A stretch of DNA of 62,947 nt, filler included, from Licmophora abbreviata (lineage: Eukaryota): NCBI GenBank assembly GCA_900291995.1. It is 12 parts of 12 records of this genome, joined end to end, with 100 filler letters (N's around TTAATTAATTAA, not from the genome) between each part and the next. Parts side by side here need not be neighbours in the genome. Positions count along the whole stretch, not along the records: positions 1 to 5,455 come from OLMU01003739.1; positions 5,556 to 10,796 come from OLMU01003740.1; positions 10,897 to 24,520 come from OLMU01003743.1; 9 more parts are not named here. One strand, given 5' to 3'. Below the pieces are notes generated by a model. That model was not told the origin of the DNA and ran no database searches. It was given only the letters and a program-made list of their open reading frames with translations. The position numbers and the translations under genes are program-made. Position 1 is the stretch's first letter, and every line of letters begins with the position of its first letter. Shown piece after piece: positions 1 to 12,075 of this stretch.

Positions 1-190
1 GTTGTACCAAGCTCTGCCTGCACGTCGCCCGCGTGCAGCCACATGGGTGCTTGAATTTTGTGAATTATGAATTCACAATGAACTTCACCACACCTCAAGT
101 CTCTCTTGCATTGGTGCTACAGAACTGCGGCGCTCTGTTGCGTTTGTGCTGCACCTCTTTACTATATTCTATGTTTCCTAGAACTGTAGC

Positions 191-3100
191 ATGACAACAA
201 CAACGACACGAGACGATTCTGAACGTACAGAGTCAAGAGAACAAGACGCTCTTCCGCAGCAACAAGAACCACAAAATGAGAGTACTTCTACTACTACTAC
301 TACTACTACTAGTAGCGCCGTCATGTCTCGAAAACGAAAACGCCAACCGCGTGGCAGCAACGTATTGAGCGCATCTTCGTCGTCGTCTGAAGAAGAAGAA
401 GAAGATGAAGCACCACAGCACGACCAGAAAAAGTCTCCACCAGAACAAGAAGAACAAGTACGAGACGCTGCTACTACTACTTCTAGTAGTACTACTACTT
501 CTTCGAAATCTACCCCACAACAGCAACAATCCGAAGGATGGCGCGTCAAATTATATCGTCTCAACACCGACGGCACCTGGGACGACTGTGGTACAGGACG
601 GATTGCCTGCCACTACAATTCTACTTCCACTCTTCCACAACAAAACCCAGACTCCTCCACATTGACGGCACTGCGACAACACCTCGGTGATCCCACCTTG
701 GTACTTCAAGCAGAATCGACATCGTCATCCTTTCTTCTCAAGACTAAGGTTCTTCTTCGGGATGCCTATCAACGACAGGGCGACAATATCATTACGTGGT
801 GTGAACCCCATTTTGGAAGCGAAACAAGTACTACTACTACTACTACTATAGTAGTAGTGGTACTACTACTACTTCCACATCCACTCCTACTGGCGTTGAT
901 TTGGCCTTGAGTTTTCAAGACAATGCTGGTTGTCTGGCCATTTGGAGGCAAATTACACAAGTGCAATCTCGCGCACAAGACTATTTTCGACAAACTTCTA
1001 ACAACAACAACAACAACTCGGTCACGACCGATATGGCACATGCCGTGGCGGCGGCGCATCATGCCACTATGCAACGACAACAACAGCAACAACAATTGTG
1101 GGCGCATCACATGACAAAGGAGGAATCGACAGAACATCATCGTCAACAACAACAACAACAACAACAACAACAAGACTATAGTAGCGGTAGCAGTGGGGGT
1201 GGCGATGCGGGAGGAGCCGAAGCAGCTGCCGTCAGCATGGCGGCGGCCGCCGCAATGGCCTATGGCAACAACAACAACCACTCTGCTGCTATATCTCACT
1301 TGCCGAATCCACCGACACTGCATAATTTGGAAAAGGTGGCTGATGACATTGCCTTGGCACAGCAACAGTTGCACCAGCGGGAAGCCTTGGCGATGTACAT
1401 TGGCAAGAACGATTGTTCCTACCTCAAGGCACTCTTGTCGCTCTTTCCCTCGGCGGAGACCAAGGGAGACTATGGGGCCTTGGCGACTCTGGCGGCCTGC
1501 ATCAAGACGATATTGTTATTGAACGATCCATCGATTATTGAGTGGATCGTCTCGGAAGAAGCGACATATGAACAAGTCTGTTCCGCCCTCGAGTATGATC
1601 CGGACTTGAGGGACAAGGCGAATCATAGGTGGTTCTTGAGGGAAAGGGCGCGATTTCGGACCGTTGTGCTCATGGAAGATCCCCAACTCGTTGCCACGAT
1701 TCATAGAGCGTTTCGAGTCATGTATTTGAGAGATACCTTGTTGCGACCGACGATGGATGAGAATAGTTTGTCGACGCTGGCGTCGCTGCAGGCATTTACG
1801 CATGCGGATGTTGTCAAGGGAGTTACCATGCCGCGGATGATGAGGAACGAGGATGAAGGACAACAACAGCAACAAGAGCACATGGAAGATAGCTATTTGG
1901 TCCAAGTCATGCGTACGCTGGGACGGGAAGTACGGGAAATTGCTCGTATGGAGTGGGAGGCGTTAGAGCAGAATGAGGGCGCGTCGTCGAAGAGTGGTGC
2001 TGCGGATGAAGCTTCGGAACCTTCCATTGTGGCGGAGCCGGCCTCGTCGTCGTCCTGGAAGCAGTACTTGGCACCGCAGGATGGGTCCTTGGCATCCAGA
2101 AGGATACGAAGGACAGGTTGTCTTTCCTTCTTCCGGGAACTCTTCAATATGGTACGAACTTCTTTACAACCGAATGATAAGGACGATTTCTACTCCGCGA
2201 TTGTCGGTATGGAGCTCGTGGAGCGCACGGAAAAATCGGAAGAACAAGCGGAGAACGAGGTGCCCATCAATCTGTTGTCGCTTTTGGGTACTGTCTTATC
2301 GGACCCGACCGCAGACGCCACCGAGAAGGGAGCGGCTCTCGAAATCATTGGAGCGACTGCCATGCACGATCCAGGTTTGGTGCGACGACACTGTTTGGAA
2401 TTTTATGACGTGTGGAGAAAGGAGGAAGAGGCTGGTCATTGTGGCGTAGGTCCAGGTAGACCCGAACCGAACGAGCGAAAGCAAATTATATTTCGTTGCG
2501 GTTCCAGCGACGTTCTTGCATCGCTTCTATTCTTGCTTGTTGTGGAAACAGATGCTGGCTTGTTGCTGCAGACATCGGAGATTATGCGAATCATTCTCGA
2601 TACAGAAATGCAAGGAGAGCTTGGTGCCGTGGGAATGCCATTGGGCCCCGAAGATATGGAGGGAGCTCCGCCGGGAATGCACAATCCAGCTACCGATCAG
2701 CCAAGTGGCACGAGAACCCTTTCAATGGCGAACGCCGAACAGAACCAGTTTTTGTCATTGTTCTACGAGCACTACATACAGTGGCTGGTTGCTCCGTTTC
2801 AGTATTCTGTGATACATACGGTGCGGCGTATTCCAGATGCAATTCCGGAAGGGTCCACTCTTATGCAGCAAATACTGGAAAACCACAAGAATGGAGTTAC
2901 ATTGGACGATCGCCTGCTCACGCTCGTCCCGATGAATGCAATTCGGAGCTCATTTGCGGTTGAGCTTTTGAGTTTCTGCGTACGCGCCCACTTGTTCCGC
3001 ATGAAAACGTTCCTGTTGAGATCCCGTGTTCTGGGAGGAGTGCTCAAGCTGTTGGGACCAAGCAGGTCCTCTAGCTTCTCCTCTGGGGATCGATGCCTGA

Positions 3101-4105
3101 AGTTATCCGCCTTAAGGTACGTGACGAGAAATAGGATCGATGGGAAAAAAGGAATCCGGGCCTCTTCGCGGCGCCTCAACCTAGCACTGTTCATCACCGT
3201 CTCTACAGGTTTCTCCGCTCAATCCTTTCGGTCAAAGACGAGTTTTATCACAGACACATCATTCAACACAATTTATTTGCGCCGGTGTTTGAAGCGTTCC
3301 GGGCCAATCCAGTGGGCGACAACCTGGTTTCATCGGCCGTCGTCGAGGTAAGTGTGCTGGGACGTTGTGTTTGTTGTGTTTTCTTTGCTAGGAACTGAAA
3401 TTCGCTTACGCATCGATGCTTTCAATCGATCTATCCTTCTCGCAGATGTGTGACTTTATTCACAGCCAGCGCGTCAAGTCCCTGATCGAATATATTGTGA
3501 CGAAACATTTGTCGGTGCCAGTAGCGAATCCTGGATCGGAAAAACCGATGCTGAGTCTGGAAGATGTTGCGACGCCATATGTGACAACGTTGACGAAACT
3601 GCGAAAGGAGTACGAAGCTGATTTATCCGGAAGTACTAGAGGATCAGCAACTCCCGAGCAGAACAAGGACAGTGCGACTCTCAACGGGGATGTTGCTTAT
3701 AATACCAACACGTCCCTGGCTGGTACGCCTCGCGTCGGCATGAGCGAGAAAGCTCTTGAGGACCAGGTGAGCGTGAGATGTGTTTCTGCAACAATACACG
3801 CGCTGTGCTGAGCAAGACGTTGTATAGCTTATCCCGTATGTCTCTTCTTTTTGACGACGCAGCGCAAATTCCGTGAGGCGGACGAGCTTGAATCGTATTT
3901 CGATTGCGATGACGACGACGATGACGAAGAATCAACCCGGATGACTTCCTCGGTATCAGCGGACGAATCGCGCGCTGGTGATCTTCATCGAGCACCTCGT
4001 ATGTTCTCGCTTGTCCAAGCTCCGCTGCTCAACCGTACGATGGAGCGCGAAGGTATAGAAAACGAAACTCGGCAGGAAGCAGAGGGCGATCAAGAGTCCA
4101 ATTGA
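191..4105 (+). CDS. Protein phosphatase 4 regulatory subunit 3 (SMEK/Psy2 family), multi-exon
   Basis: EVH1-like start [35 protein letters not shown]-1-type LEYDPDL..HRWFL and [17 protein letters not shown]. 1-nt frameshift in the ACT/AGT microsatellite near 848. GT-AG introns at about 3117-3208, 3348-3445 and 3767-3862 join ORFs 901, 3416 and 3851. Confidence 0.9.
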
Positions 4106-4404
4106 AAGAGAGCAGCGGGGAGCGATGCTCGGACGATATTTGGAACCTCTACCTACTGGTACCAACACACAATACGGTCAGTCGTGCGATGTGATTCTTA
4201 TCTCAAACAGCGAGCATGATACGAAGTAAACAATGAAGAAGTGGTAGCCGTGTGTGCGTTAAGGACTCAGTCAGACAAAACCCCAAAGTACACTTCTCCC
4301 AACAAAATTCAGCCAGCGCTCCTGAGTCAATACTAAATCCCCTGAACACCGTGTGGGTACCAATATGAGTCGCACTATTTTCATTCATCCCGCTTGAAGA
4401 GCTC

Positions 4405-4990
4405 CTAGCTGTCCAAACGATCCTTGATGACTTGCGCAAGATCGTCAATCTTGGAGTTTGTCGCGTCGAATCTAGCGTCTAGCTCGGAAACTCTGGCGTC
4501 TAGCTTGAAGATTTTAAGGTCTAAGCCGGAGAGCTCGGAGTAAATCTCGTTGTGTCTTTTGATTGCATCGATGTACAAGTCGACGATTTCGCGGTTTGTC
4601 TCGGCGTTTTCTACGCTTGATTTCACGCTTGATTCTCGCCTCGATTAGACCAATTGACGCTTCGATGTAGAACACCAGCGCGATTGAAAAGAAAATTATC
4701 CAGTATGATAACTGATAGAACAGTGACATGGAAGTCTGTGAGTCAGGCAGTTGTTCTATACTCATTGAAGTAAGCAAGGACGAGAAGTGATCCATTGACG
4801 CAAGGACTTGTGCCGGATCCTCCACGGCCGCCTTGACTGGCATCATCACTCCCGATGAGGAGCGCCGCAGGCCATTCCGCTGCTGGAATGGGTCGCGTCT
4901 CCCAATCGTACTTTTGCATCGCGGTGATGGCTGAAATGCAAACGCTACAGTGATGAAGGGCATCCACACGAAAAGCAAGAGAGCTTTCAT
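4405..4990 (-). CDS. Hypothetical protein, probably plastid-targeted, one TM helix plus coiled coil
   Basis: MKALLLFVWMPFITVAFA|FQPS resembles a signal peptide plus diatom AF motif; hydrophobic LSYWIIFFSIALVFYI. Overlapping ORF 4405-4626 (heptad-like) probably continues it through an indel near 4620. Confidence 0.5.
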
Positions 4991-5209
4991 GATGAATCGT
5001 ACAAATTGGTGCTTCTAGAAATTGTGTGTCTACTTTGAGTACTGATCTGCCATATCTAGGCACGACCAACGCTGTGCAGCGTGGACACGGAGCGTGGACA
5101 CGGAGCGACAACGTGTGATCCTTTTTGAACACGCAACACGATGTAATCGAGCTATAGAAGCATGATGTCATGTCAAGAGTCACGAGTTGATTCATTCTTC
5201 TTCGCGCGC

Positions 5210-5810
5210 TTTCTTGGAAGCCAGAGTCAGTCACGAGTGATGAATCGAGTCGAGTCATAGGTAGACTGAGTCGACCGAGTCAACTGAGTCGAACTATCAT
5301 ATAAACTTCGACCCCAACAAGATGACCGCGATGCCATGACTCTAGAGACGACTGTAGTCTAGTCTAGTCTAGTCTACATAAACGCCAGTGCCGCGATCCC
5401 AGTGCGTCTCCCCTTTCGTCAGACTGCATTATCATCGTCATGGTGCGCTTTACGCNNNNNNNNNNNNNNNNNNNNNNNNNNNNNNNNNNNNNNNNNNNNT
5501 TAATTAATTAANNNNNNNNNNNNNNNNNNNNNNNNNNNNNNNNNNNNNNNNNNNNTCTTGGAAGCCAGAGTCAGTCACGAGTGATGAATCGAGTCGAGTC
5601 ATCGGTCAGTCATGGGTAGACTGAGTCGACCGAGTCAACTGAGTCGAACTGTAAACTTCGACCCCAACAAGATGACCGCGATGCCATGACTCTAGAGACG
5701 ACTGTAGTCTAGTCTAGTCTAGTCTACGAGTACATAAGCGCCAGTGCCGTTATCCCATTGCGTCCCTGCTTTCGTCAGACTGCAGCTTTATCTTCATGGT
5801 GCGCTTTACG
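5210..5810. repeat. Imperfect ~245-bp duplication on either side of the gap (about 5210-5455 vs 5556-5810)
   Basis: Both copies run from TCTTGGAAGCCAGAGTCAGTCACGAG to ATGGTGCGCTTTACGC with small indels; both are rich in GAGTC and CTAGT motifs. Confidence 0.85.
5456..5555. other. Assembly gap with six-frame-stop linker TTAATTAATTAA
   Basis: N-run + TTAATTAATTAA + N-run. The same structure recurs at about 10797, 24521, 26439, 31031, 32856, 35113, 42140, 45049, 46380 and 55852. Confidence 0.97.
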
Positions 5811-7196
5811 CAAAAGTTTACTGGCGCCAAGGCCATCGCCTTTGCCCAGGTGTGTCTGCACTACATGGAGGCCGCAGAGCGTGCTTGCAACGACGACCCC
5901 GAGCAGACACCGCTCTTTTCCTGGCTCAGCCCGTACCAGCGCGTGCAACTGGTACGGCAAGTCATGGTGGGACTGCTCTGTGAAGACGAGCCGCTTCCCC
6001 CGGGTACGATCCAGCACTACGCTACCTACCGGGCCATCGTGGAGACTCTCAAGTGCGAAATAGGCGTCGAACTGGATGTGCAGTGGGATGTGGACGATGT
6101 GGGAGAAGACTTGAGACTTTCGGACCGCCACTCCAGCAGAGGGCGCTTTTCAGAGGAAGACATGAGTGAGCGTCACCGAAAGTGGGAGCTGACTCGGTAT
6201 CGTGCGAATAAGAACAAGAAGAAGCTAGACAAGAACAGCGACGCGCATGTCGACTTCAATCCACAGGAGAAGAAAACTGATGTTCGACAGCATCTAGGTA
6301 GGATCCAAGAGGTTGCTAGTGTCCTGTTTGATGGCCCACCCCTCTCCAAGCAAGACCGAGACAAGGTCCGCAAGCCTAATAACATGGATGAGAAGTACGC
6401 CTTTCGCTGGCGTTCTCTCTGTGACGACGCATTCCAAGAAGACACTAACGACGACTTCCTCTCGGTCATGCCACCACTTTCCGCGGTCAGTTTCGATTTC
6501 CGATCCAACAGTGAAGACCAATGGTGCACTGCTATCGATTTCCTCTACGTTACCAAGTCTGACTTCAAGTCGGACTTCAAGGAGAACTTGCTGGTCAATG
6601 GAGCCATTGACGACCGCTCCTACGCCGACGCATCACAGTTCGCTCGAATACAGACCGTCAAGCAGCACATTTCGATTCTTCGAAAGACGTACGAGCGCAC
6701 TTGGGATGCCAATGCCTTGGCAGAGGACCAGCGTTGCGTCTTTGCCGTTTGCTCCAATACTACACACCATGGATATGGACACGACGAGTTTCTCGTGGAC
6801 TTTTTGAGCGAGCTCAACCGGCAAGGTATCGACCATACCGAGCCTGGAAGCTACCAAGAGCGCTACAATATCTACAAGGCCATGGCTTCAGCACACCAGG
6901 AGAGTCTCCAACACCCCTTCTATTCGTATAGGGAGAATATGTTTAGCTTCGATGGTTGTCGCAACCCAACCAACTACACCTGCTCAGACGAAAATATCCA
7001 CAATTCCTGCGGGAGACATGGTTGTTTCAGTTATCGCAAGGAAGACCTGCGCAAGTGCAGCAGGTGTCATGTGGTATCGTATTGCAGTCGTGATTGTCAG
7101 GTGATGGACTATAAGAGGCACCGAAAAGACTGTCAGGCAATGGCAAAGCTGCGGAAAGACAAGGCAGCAGTGACAGAATTTGCGAGAAGTTTGTGA
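5796..7196 (+). CDS. MYND zinc-finger protein (C-terminal zf-MYND, unknown N-terminal region)
   Basis: 466-aa intronless ORF ending in C-x4-C...CSRCHVVSYCSRDCQVMDYKRHRKDC, the MYND pattern. Confidence 0.85.
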   Translation: MVRFTQKFTGAKAIAFAQVCLHYMEAAERACNDDPEQTPLFSWLSPYQRVQLVRQVMVGLLCEDEPLPPGTIQHYATYRAIVETLKCEIGVELDVQWDVDDVGEDLRLSDRHSSRGRFSEEDMSERHRKWELTRYRANKNKKKLDKNSDAHVDFNPQEKKTDVRQHLGRIQEVASVLFDGPPLSKQDRDKVRKPNNMDEKYAFRWRSLCDDAFQEDTNDDFLSVMPPLSAVSFDFRSNSEDQWCTAIDFLYVTKSDFKSDFKENLLVNGAIDDRSYADASQFARIQTVKQHISILRKTYERTWDANALAEDQRCVFAVCSNTTHHGYGHDEFLVDFLSELNRQGIDHTEPGSYQERYNIYKAMASAHQESLQHPFYSYRENMFSFDGCRNPTNYTCSDENIHNSCGRHGCFSYRKEDLRKCSRCHVVSYCSRDCQVMDYKRHRKDCQAMAKLRKDKAAVTEFARSL

Positions 7197-7429
7197 AAGG
7201 ACACGAGATGAAACGATACTCAATCTGCAACTTCAAACGCTGGCTTGTGAGCGTTCAGAGACTATTCTTCCGGTACTTTTTGCAGAGCAAGGAGAAACGG
7301 TTGCATAGCCAAGGGGAAACGGTTTCATAGCTCAAGTCATGGCACATTCACTGAATATCAGAACCGGGTCTGGTATGCGGAATTCGTACAGAAAGAACAA
7401 TGTATGCAATCATAGAGATTATTACCCAT

Positions 7430-9325
7430 TTACTCGCTCGAGTAGTCGACTCTACGAGGAAGGTGGACCCCAAGTTCTTGTAGCTTCGCTCTTCGAGCTT
7501 CCACTAGCTCCAAGGGAACGGCTGTCTGTGGCTTTTGGAGATACCAGAACCGCTGCTTCATGAGCCACCGGCTGAGCTTCGCGTTGGTTGAGGAGCATGC
7601 GCTGATCGAAACATTTCCATGCTTCCTTTTGTACTCCTTCAGCTCCTCAAAGCGCTCTTGCCACACTTCTTCGTCAGTTGGTGTGGACTTGACCAGTTGC
7701 ACTCGAGTGTACGGTTGTGCAATAAAAGATACGCCGAGGGTCTCCAGCTGCTCCCGACGTCGCGTCCGCTCAACGGGGCACCTTATTCGTTTTGGGTGGT
7801 CATGGCGCAGCAAGAAACACCGCTGACTATGTAGCCATCTCGCGAGCTTCTGGTTGGGAGGAAAATTCTGTGGGACACGGGCATGACCGTACTCCTCTTT
7901 GAACTGCACGAGCTGCCTGACTCGAAGGCACCAAGTTTCATCGTTGTACCCGTTTTTCTTAATCGCTTGGTCCCCCTCGCGGTTACCGTCCAATTTTTGC
8001 CGCTTGGGTGAGGCACCATCGATGCAAGATAACAATGGCTGCCTTCGTTTTCCACACATCACTCCCAGGGATTCCAACATTTTCCTCCGGACGTCGCCAA
8101 TTTCGTCAATCTGCCTCGGCAGGTAGAAAAACCGCTGCTTCATCAACCAGCGACCAAGAAGAGGATGATCAGAGGAGTAGGCCGGAACTGAAACATGACC
8201 ATGCGTTTCCTTGAAGTTGCTAAGCTCGCGGTACCGGGCGTACCAGGAGTTCTCATCCTCTTCTTGCAGAGACGCAGGAGTATTGACCGTGAGTGTCGTT
8301 TCGCTCGACGCCGAGTTCTGCCGAGATTCGAAACCCGTTGAAAGTCCTGCAGGATTCGTAGACCTCGGTTCATCCGACGCTTCTTCCTCCAGATTCACAG
8401 GATCGACACGATTCTTGGTTGTGTCTCCAGGAAATTCCACACCGAGGGAACGAAGCTTTGCTTTTCGCAAGTTTCGCGTCACATCACTGCCACCAGAGTC
8501 TTCATCCAACAAGACAAAGCACTGACGTCGGAGCCAGTCCGAGAGTTCTTGATTGGGAGGATACAACGCCGGGATCTGCACATTTCCATGCGCAGCTTTG
8601 TATTCCTCCACTAGACGGAAACATGTCTGCCACACTTTTTCGTCCGAGCGACCCCTCGCTTCCCTCGTAAAATTTATCCCTAGAGCTTCCAGCTGCGCTC
8701 TTCGTCTACTTCGAGTCTCCCGACACGCAATTTTCCGGTCCGAGTTCTCATTCAGCAAGGTGTTCCGCTGAATCGCCAGCCAGTCTGCCAGTTTCGACCC
8801 TTCCGTGATCTCCAGAGACCCGTGCTCTGCGTGGAACTGACGTACACGCCGGAAACTAGCCTGCCAGGCTTCCTCGTCGGATCGAGTCACTAGAGGGCTC
8901 ATTGGCAGTGGCGGGGGCAATTTCTGTCTTGCCCCAGGAGCCCTCCAAGGTGGAGCGAATGTGCCCATTGCTTGAGATCTCTGCATCCGCTGTTGGGCCA
9001 CCCGGGGATTCCAGTCCAAATCGGGCGCAAAACTGTCCGGCAGCGACGCACCCGACGGGTCCCGTTGCAGAGCCTCATCCACTCCTGCCGCAGCACGAAG
9101 TTGCTCCTGTCGAACGGGTCGATTCGGTTGCGCCGCATCGCGCTGCTGCGGTCCAAACAGCCAAGGTCTCAAGTGTCCTGGATGCCATGGCTGCGGTCGA
9201 AGTATCCACGGTCTCGGCTCTGCTTGCATTCCCCCATGCGGAGCGTCTCTGCGGATTCTGGGATTCATGCCGTCTATGATAGGAGACGTGTCGCTGTCGT
9301 TTTCAATCGAAATGGTGCATGGCAA
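7430..9325 (-). CDS. Helicase-associated (HA) domain repeat protein, 5 repeats
   Basis: Five copies of W..r...L..F...HG...VP......L..WL..QR......R...LE.LG, e.g. WYARYRELSNFKETHGHVSVP and WQERFEELKEYKRKHGNVSI. No helicase motifs seen. Confidence 0.88.
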   Translation of the reverse strand: MPCTISIENDSDTSPIIDGMNPRIRRDAPHGGMQAEPRPWILRPQPWHPGHLRPWLFGPQQRDAAQPNRPVRQEQLRAAAGVDEALQRDPSGASLPDSFAPDLDWNPRVAQQRMQRSQAMGTFAPPWRAPGARQKLPPPLPMSPLVTRSDEEAWQASFRRVRQFHAEHGSLEITEGSKLADWLAIQRNTLLNENSDRKIACRETRSRRRAQLEALGINFTREARGRSDEKVWQTCFRLVEEYKAAHGNVQIPALYPPNQELSDWLRRQCFVLLDEDSGGSDVTRNLRKAKLRSLGVEFPGDTTKNRVDPVNLEEEASDEPRSTNPAGLSTGFESRQNSASSETTLTVNTPASLQEEDENSWYARYRELSNFKETHGHVSVPAYSSDHPLLGRWLMKQRFFYLPRQIDEIGDVRRKMLESLGVMCGKRRQPLLSCIDGASPKRQKLDGNREGDQAIKKNGYNDETWCLRVRQLVQFKEEYGHARVPQNFPPNQKLARWLHSQRCFLLRHDHPKRIRCPVERTRRREQLETLGVSFIAQPYTRVQLVKSTPTDEEVWQERFEELKEYKRKHGNVSISACSSTNAKLSRWLMKQRFWYLQKPQTAVPLELVEARRAKLQELGVHLPRRVDYSSE

Positions 9326-9575
9326 CTCGGTGCGTCCGTTGTCTGTGTGACGTCCGTGGCTTGAGCTTCCGAACGAGGCATCTCATAGGGTAACGAAGAA
9401 CTACGACGATGAACCCGTATCTAACCCTCAGCGACTCACACCTTTCAAAGTCTATGAACCGATCAGAGAAACAATGGAAAACAAGAAAAACACCGGCAGC
9501 TATCCAGTGATATGCGTCGTTGTAATGTTGTAAAATCATTTTTATCGCTTTCCATCCTCTCCCCGCCTCAGTTCA

Positions 9576-10772
9576 CTATTCGAAGCAAACTCCAAGATCT
9601 TCGAGTTCCCGTTTCCTTAACGCTCGTGTATTCCTCCTACAATGGATTCTGTTTGGGTGAGTACGGCTAAGGGCAATGCTGCGCTGACGATTCAGCCATA
9701 CACCCAGTTTTCGATACTTGGGATGATTCTCCAACACGCAACTGTGACCATGAAGCTCCCGAAATCGCCTCAACTCAGACAAACGCGCTTCCCACCTGAC
9801 ATCAGCTGATCTGAGCTCACCGAACGTCACACCCAACTTTTCTAGCTTTCTCCTGTGTTCCAGCCTTGTCGCTCTGCATCTTATTTGAACCTTTGAAGAT
9901 GGATCATCCACGAGTGTACAGCGTTGCCGTTTGAGCCAGCGTCCCAGTCTGCCGTACCTGGTTCGATCGCGCTGCGTAATACAACAATGTCCATGACGCT
10001 GATGAAATTGAAATAACTTGCGATACATGCTCTCCCAGTCCTCTAGAGTCGTCGCCATCTCGACATCCTCGGTCGATTCCTCGTCAAGGGAAGACGATAG
10101 ATCTTCCTTAACCTCCTCCAAGCAGTTTGGGCTGGTTGTCTCGAACGTTTTCGAGTTTCCGGAATCGGTCGATGGACTAGTCTTGACAAGATCGATCGTG
10201 ACCGTTCCTGACGCTCTCTGACGAAACGGCAATTGACAGCGACGTCCACTTGAGGCATCTTCACCTCTTTTCTCGTAGCTATTAGCTCTCGTCAATGAAC
10301 GTGCATCATCACTAGTAGGATACGTTTCACGCCAGTGCCGAGAAGCACCGGATCGATTGGGACGAAGGGGCAACTGAAAAACGTTTTCTGAAGCATCCGC
10401 TGACTCAAAGGAAACCTCCGGTTGGCTGTACATGTCGAAATGCCTCCTCATTCTTCGAGGAAGAATCGGCAGGCAGTGAATATCATCCTGCGACTCGGAA
10501 GGAGCAGAGTCGTCCGTAAAGACGCAGTTGATCGGAGAATGGGCGTATGACTGCCCACGTGGAAGACACTCTTGCATCTCCAAGACAATAGCTTGATGAG
10601 CGTGCTCGAGAGCTTTCAGATGGCTGGCATAGTCAGCGTACGACGTCGATGTTGGCCATAAATTTGGGTTCATGCTCGCTCTAGAGGAGAGGAACGAAGG
10701 ACTTTGTCTGTGTCGCCCCAAGCTATTGGACTCTATCCTCGCAGACATCCGACGAATTGTAGCCTCATCCAT
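9576..10772 (-). CDS. HA domain protein, 2 repeats; tandem paralog of 7430-9325
   Basis: WESMYRKLFQFHQRHGHCCI...LGRWLKRQR...LEKLGV and WEARLSELRRFRELHGHSCV...LGVWLNRQR...LEDLGV. Confidence 0.85.
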   Translation of the reverse strand: MDEATIRRMSARIESNSLGRHRQSPSFLSSRASMNPNLWPTSTSYADYASHLKALEHAHQAIVLEMQECLPRGQSYAHSPINCVFTDDSAPSESQDDIHCLPILPRRMRRHFDMYSQPEVSFESADASENVFQLPLRPNRSGASRHWRETYPTSDDARSLTRANSYEKRGEDASSGRRCQLPFRQRASGTVTIDLVKTSPSTDSGNSKTFETTSPNCLEEVKEDLSSSLDEESTEDVEMATTLEDWESMYRKLFQFHQRHGHCCITQRDRTRYGRLGRWLKRQRCTLVDDPSSKVQIRCRATRLEHRRKLEKLGVTFGELRSADVRWEARLSELRRFRELHGHSCVLENHPKYRKLGVWLNRQRSIALSRTHPNRIHCRRNTRALRKRELEDLGVCFE

Positions 10773-10896
10773 CGTTGCAAAGTTCGCTACTCAAGANNNN
10801 NNNNNNNNNNNNNNNNNNNNNNNNNNNNNNNNNNNNNNNNTTAATTAATTAANNNNNNNNNNNNNNNNNNNNNNNNNNNNNNNNNNNNNNNNNNNN

Positions 10897-11286
10897 GTGG
10901 AGGCCCAGATCATGACGCGCTTGAGCTTGGACTGGTGCGGCAAAAAGGATACCAAGGAAGTCGCCGAAACCACCTTCAACATTGTTGCCATCTCCTTTAT
11001 TGTCTTCTTGATTATCGGATGGTGGTTCGTCCCCATTGCCATCATCTGGATCATCTACCAGCTCATCATTGGCACTCGCATGCGTGGATCCTTCCGCCGC
11101 AACTACGACATCCCCGCCAACTACTGCACCTGTTGCGAAGGCGGCATGGAAGACTTTTGCTGTGTCTTCTTTTGCAGCTGCTGCACGGCCTGCCAGTTGG
11201 CCCGCCACACGCACGACGAAGATGAGTACCCCTACCAGTGCTGCACCAACAGTGGCCTCTCGTCGGGTGCTCCTGCCATTGTGTAG
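10897..11286 (+). CDS. PLAC8-family Cys-rich membrane protein (5' end lost in gap)
   Basis: R...RRNYDIP...EDFCCVFFCSCCTACQLARH is the PLAC8 C-terminal signature, preceded by a TM segment. Confidence 0.85.
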   Translation: MEAQIMTRLSLDWCGKKDTKEVAETTFNIVAISFIVFLIIGWWFVPIAIIWIIYQLIIGTRMRGSFRRNYDIPANYCTCCEGGMEDFCCVFFCSCCTACQLARHTHDEDEYPYQCCTNSGLSSGAPAIV

Positions 11287-12075
11287 TCTGAGCGCTCCTT
11301 GTATTCTTTGACTCTTTAGAGGCAACACGTATAATGAGCTTTGCAGGTGTGCTTTGCTTGTCCAGAGTAGAGTCGAAATCTATGTCAGGGAATTCCATGT
11401 GAGAACTGAAGTCCTGTTCCTCTCTCGGCTGGTCGCTCGCCGTAGGTTTGGAGTTAGTTCGTAGCTCTAATCTCCACTCCAATAGGGAGCAGTCTGTTGG
11501 TGACTCAGTCGATTCATTCATTCTATGTGCGAGTCCAATCTCTATGGTTTTGCTAGTTTATAACTTCAGTTCAATCTTCAACTCGCATGGACTGCATATG
11601 GGTATCATAGTGCGGAATGCCACAGATAGACTACCGTGAACCTAGAGGGACTATGACTCATCGTCTTCCACACTATACTCGCATCGTAACCAGCGGTCAC
11701 TGTTGAACCCGTCGACGTCTGGCCATGCCCCGCTTTGCAGCTCTCTCGCGCCCGTGTCCGCCTGCCACAGCCACACACACACGACCAACATCATCTCACT
11801 CCACTCTCACACAGGCGTGCTTGTTCGTGAACCTATGCACACCCACGAACCACGAGCAAACTTCTTGCGACAGCAACAATCTTCCGTCTCGTCCCCCACC
11901 GGGAGATCGTGAAAGAATTGGAATTGAGAAGCTCGAAGTAGAGCTGGAGAAGCGGAATACTTCCATTTCAGCTAGTCAGAGAGCCATTCGTTCTCAAGTT
12001 TCAAATTTCGAAATCAACAATTCAGATTTTTTCATTTCATTATTCTAGTCGCTGCCTGCTACTCGTGCTGTTCTC

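Noticed and set aside
285..1180. ACT, CAA and GAA trinucleotide arrays as a repeat system or CRISPR
   Set aside because: They encode poly-Thr/Gln/Glu tracts; there is no repeat-spacer structure and no cas gene in the window.
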